A DNA stretch of 32,000 nt, taken from assembly GCA_050251055.1 (NCBI GenBank), contig JBFWNL010000004.1:13863-45862 (forward strand), read 5' to 3'. The position numbers were made by a program, and so were the translations under genes. Under the pieces are notes generated by a model. That model was not told the DNA's origin. It did no database searches and worked only from the letters and a program-made list of their open reading frames with translations. The stretch is from Bacteriovoracia bacterium. Its GTDB lineage: Bacteria > Bdellovibrionota > UBA1018 > JBFWNL01. Below, piece after piece: positions 1-6,988 of this stretch (position 1 is its first letter; the number at the start of each line of letters is the position of its first letter).

Positions 1-241
1 AGATCGGACCCAGCAAAGCCTCGGTGTCGAGCTCGACCACGCTCTCAATCCAGGGGACGCGCCTGACGGCGGCCGCGAACTTGCCGCGGGCGATGAAGTG
101 AATTTCGAGTTCGGGATAAAGCTGCTTGGCCGCGCGCAGAGCCATCAGGCTCTGTAACGTATCGCCCAGCCTAGCCAACTGAATGACCAGACAGCGAATC
201 GGTTTTTTACCCTCTACGGGCGTCTTGTTCGAGGCGATCAA
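1..241 (-). CDS. Glycosyltransferase family 9 (heptosyltransferase-like), 5' part only; gene continues past the left edge
   Basis: Edge-truncated, so absent from the ORF track. Minus-strand translation from TTG 241 is (M)IASNKTPVEGKKPIRCLVIQLARLGDTLQSLMALRAAKQLYPELEIHFIARGKFAAAVRRVPWIESVVELDTEALLGPI. This carries the 'ILVIrl..LGD.l...P.l.alk..yP.a.I' N-terminal signature of RfaF/RfaC-type GT9 enzymes. An in-frame stop at 283-281 leaves TTG 241 as the only canonical start. Confidence 0.6.
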   Translation of the reverse strand, partial: MIASNKTPVEGKKPIRCLVIQLARLGDTLQSLMALRAAKQLYPELEIHFIARGKFAAAVRRVPWIESVVELDTEALLGPI

Positions 242-344
242 GCTCCGGCTCCCTTCCCTGGATCGGCGTTTGCTCCTCCATTAAAGCCCGCAGAAAGCCA
301 TAAAGCAACTGCTCGACCTGCATTTCCTCGTGCGAATCCTGCAT
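207..344 (-). CDS. Small ORF (45 aa), predicted helical acidic peptide, unknown function
   Basis: Below the ORF-track length cutoff. Sequence is MQDSHEEMQVEQLLYGFLRALMEEQTPIQGREPELDRLEQDARRG. GGAGG (355-351) lies 6 nt upstream of ATG 344. Third codon positions are G/C-rich like neighbouring genes, whereas the competing frame from ATG 357 is not. The last 35 nt overlap the putative GT9 TTG start. Confidence 0.3.
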   Translation of the reverse strand: MQDSHEEMQVEQLLYGFLRALMEEQTPIQGREPELDRLEQDARRG

Positions 345-374
345 TTCCGTCCTCCATGACAGAAACCCGGGTGC

Positions 375-1553
375 TTACGTCAGCAATGATTGCAGCGCGC
401 GCGCTCCCTGGTGATCGGGCCTCATACCCAAAAGCTGTTGCACCGTAGCCGTGGCGTCATCCATGAGGCCTAAGTGGTACTGCATGCCGGCTAGGCTATA
501 GAGCAGGTTCGCGTTAACGGGCGAAACCTGGATGTAATCCCGCACCAATCGTTCGGCGGGCTGGTAAACCTTCAGTTCGTAAGCGCATTTCACGAGATAG
601 TAGATGGCCGTGGAGTTCCGAATGTCCGCCTCCAACGCCTTCACGAACGCGTCGAGCGCTTCGCGCTTTTTACCTTCGGTGATGAAGCAGCAGCCGACCC
701 CCACCCACGCACGGTCGTTGGCGGGATTAGCCGACGCCGCATCCTGGTAAGCACGCTTCGCGTTAAGCATATCGCCGCAATTTAAATAGAGCGTACCTAA
801 GTTGGACTGGATCTCATCGGCGGCGGGATTTACACCCAGGGCCGCCTTATAATGTTGTTCCGCCGGCTCGCGTTTACCCACCCGCACCCAGCAGTTGCCC
901 GCCAGCTTATGCAGCTCGAAGCGTGTCGGATCCGGCACCGACTTCATGCGTAGGGCCCGGTCGATGACCTCCGCCGCGTATTGGTCCTTCTCGCGCTTGA
1001 GCAGCACCTGCACCAATCGCTCGTAACATTCTAACGTCGGATGAAAGGCAATCGATTCCTCATAGAGCGACTCCGCCTGGGCGAGGTTGCCCTCCATTTC
1101 ATGGGTCTTGCCCAAGCCGTACAAGGCCTGTGCGGAATGCTCGCCCGACTGGTAAATGGATTGATAGACATTGCGAGCGAGCAGGTACTCGCCGGAATGC
1201 AAGAGCACGTCGGCGTTTTTCAACAAGTACTCGACGTTCAGCTGGCCGTCGGTTTTATAGATTTCCTGGTTTTGCCGGACTTCCGACTGGGAGGGAGCCA
1301 TGGTCTCAACCCAGGGACTCGGCTCGGTGTCCGACGCATCGACCCCTGCATTCACGCGCGGACGTACGCGCACGAGGTAACTCACCGTCTCCTGCGCGCT
1401 CGAAACATCGTCAAAAGAATTCAGGGCCTCTTCGAGGGTCCGAACCTGCACCATGCGGTTGCTGGTTCGCGGGACTTCGATCAGGTCTACCAGCTCGAAC
1501 CCGGCCGGAATGATGGTGCCGTTCAAGGCTTCACGGATGGTGACGTCTTTCAT
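375..1553 (-). CDS. TPR-repeat protein with an unrecognised ~110-aa N-terminal domain
   Basis: 392-aa ORF. Its ATG overlaps the upstream stop (ATGA at 1553-1550). The C-terminal ~280 aa show repeated 34-aa TPR-like units, e.g. AQALYGLGKTHEMEGNLAQAESLYEESIAFHP, QSNLGTLYLNCGDMLNAKRAYQDAASANP and RAWVGVGCCFITEGKKREALDAFVKALEAD. Confidence 0.8.
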   Translation of the reverse strand: MKDVTIREALNGTIIPAGFELVDLIEVPRTSNRMVQVRTLEEALNSFDDVSSAQETVSYLVRVRPRVNAGVDASDTEPSPWVETMAPSQSEVRQNQEIYKTDGQLNVEYLLKNADVLLHSGEYLLARNVYQSIYQSGEHSAQALYGLGKTHEMEGNLAQAESLYEESIAFHPTLECYERLVQVLLKREKDQYAAEVIDRALRMKSVPDPTRFELHKLAGNCWVRVGKREPAEQHYKAALGVNPAADEIQSNLGTLYLNCGDMLNAKRAYQDAASANPANDRAWVGVGCCFITEGKKREALDAFVKALEADIRNSTAIYYLVKCAYELKVYQPAERLVRDYIQVSPVNANLLYSLAGMQYHLGLMDDATATVQQLLGMRPDHQGARALQSLLT

Positions 1554-1984
1554 AACTTCTCGTCCAGCTCCTCGCCACCCTCTTGGATCCAGCTGCTCTT
1601 GAACTTGGCAATCGATTCCTTGGCTTTTTGGTTCGCCGTTATTTCGGTGCGAATCTTCGCCTGCTCGGCTTCGATACGCTCGATGATCTTGGCGTCGGTT
1701 TCTAGGATCTGCAAAACCAAAATTTCCTTTTGGGCGAGCAGCATCTTCACGTTTTCAATCACGATCGGATCCTTGTCTTCCGGCGTTAGGCCGACGGCGA
1801 TCTCGCCGATTTTCCGATCATAGAGATCCAACGCCTTGAGGATCGCTTCGCGCTTCTCGTGGAACGCTTCCAGTCCGCTCAGGTCGCCCGCGTCGGCCTG
1901 CTTCAGGAAGTCGATCGACCAATCCAGGAACCGCATCAGGCAACGATTCTTCGTCCGCAGGATCGTAGTGACTTCCGATTTCAT
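1550..1984 (-). CDS. Hypothetical coiled-coil protein in the fliT position (FliT/FlgN-like export-chaperone candidate)
   Basis: 144-aa ORF. ATGA start/stop overlaps occur on both sides (1984-1981 with fliS, 1553-1550 with the TPR gene). It is small, helical and acidic at the C-terminus, and sits directly after fliD-fliS as fliT does in fliDST operons. No specific motif was recognised. Confidence 0.4.
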   Translation of the reverse strand: MKSEVTTILRTKNRCLMRFLDWSIDFLKQADAGDLSGLEAFHEKREAILKALDLYDRKIGEIAVGLTPEDKDPIVIENVKMLLAQKEILVLQILETDAKIIERIEAEQAKIRTEITANQKAKESIAKFKSSWIQEGGEELDEKL

Positions 1985-2367
1985 TTGCTGACTCCTTTAT
2001 TCACTTGCTCAACGGCGCCGCGCCACCCTTCGAGCAGGTTTTCCATGACCTTGATCACGGAAATCAACGGTTCCTTTTGATTTTCGACATTAGCCTTCAG
2101 GAGCTGTCCGATGCAGTAGTTGTAAAGGCCCTCGAGCTGCTTGGCGACCTCGCCACCGACCTCGAAGTTCAATGAGTTGTTAAGCTCGTTCAAGATGTCG
2201 TGGCTCTTCCCGATGGCGACGCCTTTTCCGTTCAGATCGTTCGCCTCGATGCACGCCACCGCGCGGCGCAGATGCCGAATCGCGGCCTCGTAGAGCATGA
2301 TCAGGATCTGCCCCGGAGTCGCGGTTTTAACGGCGGTACGCTTATATTGATTCGCTCCGTATGTCAT
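1981..2367 (-). CDS. fliS: Flagellar export chaperone FliS
   Basis: 128 aa. The N-terminus MTYGANQYKRTAVKTATPGQILIMLYEAAIRHLRRA matches the FliS signature 'Y....v.TAsP.qLi.MLYdgai..l..A'. The gene lies 8 nt downstream of fliD. Confidence 0.9.
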   Translation of the reverse strand: MTYGANQYKRTAVKTATPGQILIMLYEAAIRHLRRAVACIEANDLNGKGVAIGKSHDILNELNNSLNFEVGGEVAKQLEGLYNYCIGQLLKANVENQKEPLISVIKVMENLLEGWRGAVEQVNKGVSK

Positions 2368-2375
2368 AGCCTACA

Positions 2376-3776
2376 TCACCCACCCAATAGTTGTTGCACC
2401 ATACCACCCCCGCCGCCCGCGGCGCCCAGGGTCGCCTGCATGTAAGCCTGCTGCTGCTGCATGGCCCCCAAGGTCGCTTGCAAACGGGAAAACCGATCCA
2501 CTAGATTCTGCGTCTTACGCTCGATGAGGCGCTCCTTGTTCGCGATCTGCGTGTCGATCTGATCGATCCGGGTGCGCAGCCCTTTTTCGCGCAACGCGAG
2601 CAGGCCGTCGTTCGGGCGACCATACACGTTGAGCACCTCGGCGAACTGGTTCACGAAGCCCATCTCGCCCGACACCGCTTCGGCGACGCCGTTGAAATCC
2701 ACCTCGAGGGCCTTCGTGAATTTATCCTCGTTGAACTTCACGGTGCCTTCGCGGGTCATCTCGATGCCCATCTCGTTAAGATGCATGATGCGAAAATTAT
2801 CTTCGCCGGGAACGCCAACACCGAAGCCCTCGTGCATGAGGTTGCGAAACCGGTATTCCACGCCCTGCAGGCCCGTGTCGCCCGTGAAGTTTTGCGACGT
2901 ATCGGACTTTTCGTCGACCTTGTTTTGCGCGTTGATGAACCCCAAAACGTTGTTGATGTTGTCGACCATTCCTTTCACTTTTCCGGAAACCTTCTGGTTG
3001 TCGACGGAAATGGTCATGGTGAAGGGCCGACCGGGCTTGGCTTCCTTCAAATGAATGTTCACGCCTTGAAGGAAATCCGGCACGTCGTTGCTGCCGGCCT
3101 CGATCTCGTAGTCGTCGACCTTCAGCTGGGCGTTGCGGGAATCGCGCGTTTCATTGATATAGAAATCGTCGTCGCCACCCAGGAAGTAGAACTCCGGGAA
3201 GTCGACTTGATTATCGTAGCCGTCTTTCTTGGCCTTCACGATCAGCTTCCAGCCATTTTCTTCGTAGGCGTCGCGAATAACCGAGGCTTGCACAGGGGAG
3301 TCCTTTTGCGCATTGATCAGGTCGGCCACGCCGCGCAGGCTGGAGTGTTCCTCGTCAACGAAGATATCGAACTTTCCTTCGGGCCCGTAAGCGACGACGA
3401 ATCCCATGCCGAGCACTTTCTCGTCAGGGTCGGCGAAGCCATTGGAGATCATCGATGCGCGACCGGCGAGCTCGTTGATCTCTATCGTGTAGTTACCCGG
3501 CTTGGCTTTGTCTTTGTCGACGGTGACGCTCATTAAATTCTCGCCGTCACCCAGATCAACTTTCAATTCGGTCAACTTCTTGAAGGAAGAAATTTCATCG
3601 AGGGATTTTTTCAGGTCGGCAAACTTCGATTTGAATTCACCGAAGAGCTTGATGCGGTTTTGTTCCTTGGCTTTGCGCGCCTCAAGCGCCTTGACGGGCT
3701 GCTTCTCAGCCTCGATCATCTGATTAACCAATTGCTTGAATTGACCCCCGCCTATGGGATCGAAACGTAAGCCCAT
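2376..3776 (-). CDS. fliD: Flagellar filament cap protein FliD (HAP2)
   Basis: 466 aa. The N-terminal heptad region (GGGQFKQLVNQMIEAEKQPVKALEARKAKEQNRIKLFGEFKSKFADLKKSL) and the C-terminal region (ERLIERKTQNLVDRFSRLQATLGAMQQQQAYM) are typical of FliD. The gene is followed by fliS. Confidence 0.9.
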   Translation of the reverse strand: MGLRFDPIGGGQFKQLVNQMIEAEKQPVKALEARKAKEQNRIKLFGEFKSKFADLKKSLDEISSFKKLTELKVDLGDGENLMSVTVDKDKAKPGNYTIEINELAGRASMISNGFADPDEKVLGMGFVVAYGPEGKFDIFVDEEHSSLRGVADLINAQKDSPVQASVIRDAYEENGWKLIVKAKKDGYDNQVDFPEFYFLGGDDDFYINETRDSRNAQLKVDDYEIEAGSNDVPDFLQGVNIHLKEAKPGRPFTMTISVDNQKVSGKVKGMVDNINNVLGFINAQNKVDEKSDTSQNFTGDTGLQGVEYRFRNLMHEGFGVGVPGEDNFRIMHLNEMGIEMTREGTVKFNEDKFTKALEVDFNGVAEAVSGEMGFVNQFAEVLNVYGRPNDGLLALREKGLRTRIDQIDTQIANKERLIERKTQNLVDRFSRLQATLGAMQQQQAYMQATLGAAGGGGGMVQQLLGG

Positions 3777-3891
3777 CGGATTAATTATGAATTTTATTTG
3801 GGGAACTCACAACCGGCAGAATCTTCCGGCCATCAAAATCGAACGAGTCCAAGCCGGATACGCCAAGGCTTTGACGAATTTACGGATGCGG

Positions 3892-4629
3892 CTAGAAAGC
3901 CGTTCGGCGAAACCGGGATTCACCGGCGTCGAGCCGGAGATAAGTACCGTGCACTTTAGGATAACCCATATTGATGTACTGACCGCCGGAGCTAGGATCG
4001 ATCCACTCGTCGGCATCGTGACAATGCCCGAGCACCACGCATTGGAATCCGTCGCGAAGCCTTCGCTCCGCGTAGGCCCGGTAGATTCCACGCAGCCGCG
4101 AAAGCGCATCGGGCGCCATGGTTTTGGCGGCGTCCGCGTGCGCGCGACGGCTGAGCGAGGAGAGGATACGGCCAATCCATTTCATCGCGACGCCAGGACT
4201 CAGACGAGCGAAAGCTCGGAATCCGTCTCCCCGGAAAAACGCCCGTAGTCGCAAATACCCGCGGTCGGATTCGTCCGCGAGATCGCCGTGCGCGACGAAG
4301 ATCCGCCGGCCATCAAAATCGAGCGCGACTTCGCTCGCGTGCACGCGCACCGCCGGGATCTCCGCGTACTCGCCGCGCAGATGAAAATCATGATTGCCTT
4401 CGATGTAGTGAACGACCACGCCGCGGCTCTCGAGCTCCCAGAGAACCATCATGAATTCCGCATATTCTCGGGCGAAGACCGGGTTGCCACCCACGAAGAC
4501 GTCGAAGATATCTCCGGCTAGCACGACGGAATCGCCAGCGGCGGTCGAACGCAACGCCTGCAATAGCCGCGCGTAGATCGGATCGATCGCGCTCTCGACG
4601 TGGAGATCGGAAAATACCAAGACACTCAT
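3892..4629 (-). CDS. lpxH: LpxH-family metallophosphoesterase (UDP-2,3-diacylglucosamine hydrolase-like)
   Basis: 245 aa. It has the calcineurin-like motifs in LpxH order: FSDLHV, LAGDIFDVFVGG, EGNHDFHLRG, DGRRIFVAHGDLADESDRGYLRLRAFF and VLGHCHDA. These can be aligned by eye with E. coli LpxH (ADLHL, [55 protein letters not shown]). Confidence 0.7.
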   Translation of the reverse strand: MSVLVFSDLHVESAIDPIYARLLQALRSTAAGDSVVLAGDIFDVFVGGNPVFAREYAEFMMVLWELESRGVVVHYIEGNHDFHLRGEYAEIPAVRVHASEVALDFDGRRIFVAHGDLADESDRGYLRLRAFFRGDGFRAFARLSPGVAMKWIGRILSSLSRRAHADAAKTMAPDALSRLRGIYRAYAERRLRDGFQCVVLGHCHDADEWIDPSSGGQYINMGYPKVHGTYLRLDAGESRFRRTAF

Positions 4630-4667
4630 GTAAATTTGGAAGTATCGGGGCTTAAGCGAGCCGTCAA

Positions 4668-4709
4668 TTCTAGTTTTTTTCGGTCTAGATTTTTTGGTCT
4701 AGAGTTTTT
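4668..4709. repeat. Three 14-nt-phased copies of (T/G)(T/G)CTAG(A) followed by a T-run
   Basis: The copies are TTCTAG+T7 (4668-4680), GGTCTAGA+T6 (4682-4695) and GGTCTAGAG+T5 (4696-4709). The repeat spans the flaG-like stop codon (4699-4701) and the flaG/lpxH-like intergenic region. Confidence 0.6.
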
Positions 4710-5082
4710 GATCCAGTATCTTTCCGGCGCCCTTGCCGGACTTCGCGACGGATTCGCGTAACTTCAGGAACTCCTCGCCTGTCATCTGACGCACGACCTT
4801 GCCGCTACCGTCCTTCAGCGTGACCTGTAGACCAGGGCCGGTGCCCGATGCCGTTGCGGTCAATCCGTTGTGCCGAGTTTGATTGTCCTGGGTGAAAGCA
4901 TCCATGGCGGCCGTGACCTTTTCATCGTTCACGGCGATGGCTTCGTCGTCGTCGCGACGGCGCTCGTCGCCCGCTTGCTGCTGAGACTGTTGCTGAAAAG
5001 AGCCCGAATCGGCTTTTTCGTGCACCTGCTCGGCGATCTTCGGGAACGGCTGAAATGTCTGGCTCGTGGCTTTGACTCGCAA
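4699..5082 (-). CDS. flaG: FlaG-like flagellar protein
   Basis: 127 aa with a TTG start. It is Gln/acidic-rich at the N-terminus. The C-terminal LQVTLKDGSGKVVRQMTGEEFLKLRESV resembles the FlaG core 'V.ViD..tgEViRqIP.ee.l.l'. The gene sits upstream of fliD, as in many filament loci. Confidence 0.55.
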   Translation of the reverse strand: MRVKATSQTFQPFPKIAEQVHEKADSGSFQQQSQQQAGDERRRDDDEAIAVNDEKVTAAMDAFTQDNQTRHNGLTATASGTGPGLQVTLKDGSGKVVRQMTGEEFLKLRESVAKSGKGAGKILDQKL

Positions 5083-5111
5083 CGAATTTACCCCGCTTTC
5101 TCTCCTCTTAC

Positions 5112-5139
5112 GGGTCGGCGGGAATGCCCCAAAACCTTA
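5112..5139 (-). promoter_or_regulatory. Possible sigma-28-like promoter upstream of the flaG-like gene
   Basis: The minus strand reads TAAGGTTT (5139-5132), N12, GCCGACCC (5119-5112). The -35 matches at 7/8. The -10 keeps only the GCCGA core, and the spacer is 1 nt longer than optimal. Confidence 0.3.
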
Positions 5140-5153
5140 GGTCGGGCCCGACC
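5140..5153. promoter_or_regulatory. Perfect 14-bp palindrome GGTCGGGCCCGACC, candidate TetR operator
   Basis: It lies in the 186-bp divergent region between the flaG-like gene (start 5082) and the TetR gene (start 5269). It directly abuts the -35 of the putative sigma-28-like promoter. Confidence 0.4.
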
Positions 5154-5268
5154 CAGGTATGCCAGTAATTTGACGCACAAAGTCTCACAGATGACACTTT
5201 TCCTAGGTTTTCGTCACCAGATGCGGTGGTGGAGTCTGGCGGAATCGAAGAATCATCCCTATTAGCTC

Positions 5269-5877
5269 ATGAAAACGCACGCGCAAGGCGCCCTCACCAA
5301 ATCCGAGAAGATGATCCACGTCGCCCAGTGCACTTTGAGCATCATCCAGGTGCACGGCACGGAGGGAGTGAACCACTCGCGACTGGCCCGTTCGGCGGGA
5401 GTCTCGCGCGCGTGGCTCTATAAATATTTCGGGTCGTCGAGGGAAGCCCTGATCGAATTCGCCATCGACTATTTTGGAAAGCTCTTCGCAGAGATGGAAC
5501 ATGAACGCGGCCTTCGGGGGGCACGCGAATGGGTAGCGGAAACCAAACAGGGGCTGGATCGAATGCTGAGGGACACCGCCCGCTATCCGTGGCTGATCCC
5601 GATCTATTTCCGATACAAGGGAACATCCAGTCCGATGGGTCGCTGCATCGCCCGACTGGAAAAACTCTACTTCGAAAAACACTCGCGCGAGCTCATGAGT
5701 GTATTCAAGTCCGATCGCGAAAAAGCGTATCTACTCTCGCAGGTCCTGACGTCTTTTCGTATGGGCCTCGCTCAAGCCTGGCAAACCGGCGGGTTCGGTA
5801 CGAAGAACGACCCCGAACAAATCCTGGAGTATGTTGGTCAGTGGATGAACGCGGTCGTGGACGCGCGGAAACTCTAA
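5269..5877 (+). CDS. TetR-family transcriptional regulator
   Basis: 202 aa. The N-terminal HTH is VNHSRLARSAGVSRAWLYKYFGSSREALI, matching the TetR pattern 't...iA..aGvs...lY.yF.sKe.L'. The gene is divergent from the flaG-like gene. Confidence 0.85.
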   Translation: MKTHAQGALTKSEKMIHVAQCTLSIIQVHGTEGVNHSRLARSAGVSRAWLYKYFGSSREALIEFAIDYFGKLFAEMEHERGLRGAREWVAETKQGLDRMLRDTARYPWLIPIYFRYKGTSSPMGRCIARLEKLYFEKHSRELMSVFKSDREKAYLLSQVLTSFRMGLAQAWQTGGFGTKNDPEQILEYVGQWMNAVVDARKL

Positions 5878-5887
5878 TCAGCTCCGC

Positions 5888-6826
5888 CTAACTCGTTCCC
5901 AATCGACGAATTAGATTCTCCCACTCCTCCCGCCGGATGGTGAGCCGACGCGAAGACCGCTCGGACGGAGAAAGCGCGTCGATGTCGCGGAAATAACGGT
6001 AGGCCCGGGGAAAGTCGATAAAAAATCCGCCTGGAATAGGAATTACTGGAGGCACCACCCGCGTAAAAAAATAATCAAACGCCCGCGTTAGCGTGGGGTC
6101 GATCTGAGAATCGCGCTGGAACATCAGGACATTTTTAAAGTGCACGAATGCGTCGGCGCGAACCGGCGGCACCGTCCCGGCCGGATGCAAGAAAAAATCG
6201 AAATTCAAAACTACCGGCATCGTCTCTCCCTCGAGACCGCTTGAAAACTCCGCGGGGGCGGCCCACGCGTGCTCCGGCAGGGGTGAGCGGAGCGCATGAA
6301 TAGTCGATGCCAGCACAAACGCGTTCAACATCGGTTCGGCCCCGTCGACTCGATAAATCTCACCCGTAAACTCGCCCCGGCGATTCACGCCGATTTGCAA
6401 CTTCACGTTCCCCCGAATGCGTAAATTAATGAAGTCATCCGGATAAGTCATCACCCCATTCACGCGCTGCCAGAGCTTCTCAAAGAATGGATAAAGGCGG
6501 CCTTCCCGCACGAGACTCATGCTTTCAGCCACGCCGTAACCATCGCGCGAAGGGCCGTCGCCCAGGCCAGCCCCGCGATCGGAAGTAAACGGGCCGAAAT
6601 CCAGCCCAAGCCCACGCAACGGAGCCGCCGACCCGCGGCCCATCCGACGCGCGGACGACACCTTCGTTTTGGCTGATTTGCCTACGGAGTGGGGCTGGCC
6701 GATTTCAACAAGCAAAGTTTTAGGGGAGGAGGCAGGGGAAGGAGCGGACGGCGGAGTCCGCTTGAAAAAGCTTGCGCCCAGAAGCGCGAAGTGAAGGGCG
6801 AGGGAGTAAAGCAGGAACCGGGGCAT
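5888..6826 (-). CDS. Membrane-anchored protein with a TonB-C-like domain
   Basis: 312 aa. It has an N-terminal TM (FLLYSLALHFALLGASFF) followed by a Pro/Ser/Gly-rich spacer. The segment YPDDFINLRIRGNVKLQIGVNRRGEFTGEIYRVDGAEPMLNAFVLASTIHAL resembles the TonB C-terminal fold motif 'YP..a...gi.G.V.l.f.v...G.v....v'. The ~130-aa C-terminal extension is unrecognised. Confidence 0.5.
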   Translation of the reverse strand: MPRFLLYSLALHFALLGASFFKRTPPSAPSPASSPKTLLVEIGQPHSVGKSAKTKVSSARRMGRGSAAPLRGLGLDFGPFTSDRGAGLGDGPSRDGYGVAESMSLVREGRLYPFFEKLWQRVNGVMTYPDDFINLRIRGNVKLQIGVNRRGEFTGEIYRVDGAEPMLNAFVLASTIHALRSPLPEHAWAAPAEFSSGLEGETMPVVLNFDFFLHPAGTVPPVRADAFVHFKNVLMFQRDSQIDPTLTRAFDYFFTRVVPPVIPIPGGFFIDFPRAYRYFRDIDALSPSERSSRRLTIRREEWENLIRRLGTS

Positions 6827-6904
6827 GAAGGCTGAGTATACCCGGTTCGGTGAAACCGCTACCGGGATTATTGCTTGCGCCCCGCCTTAACGCCGTTTGA
6901 TATA

Positions 6905-6933
6905 CCCCCAGAGCCCTCGGCAAGCTCTGGGGG
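6905..6933 (-). terminator. GC-rich stem-loop downstream of flagellin 1 (possible terminator or mRNA stabiliser)
   Basis: CCCCCAGAGC (6905-6914) and GCTCTGGGGG (6924-6933) form a perfect 10-bp stem with a 9-nt loop. On the minus-strand RNA it is followed by UAUAUCAAAC, which is only weakly U-rich. A second 7-bp stem (6946-6952 with 6967-6973) lies closer to the stop codon. Confidence 0.4.
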
Positions 6934-6988
6934 TGGGCTTAAGGCACCCGGTCTACACAATTGCAAACCGGGTATTGGGCGCAAACAA

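Noticed and set aside
4641-4667. TTGACG-N15-GATACT as a sigma-70 promoter for the lpxH-like gene
   Set aside because: The spacer is too short and the -10 is poor. It would also give an almost leaderless transcript. It is mentioned only as context for the adjacent repeat array.
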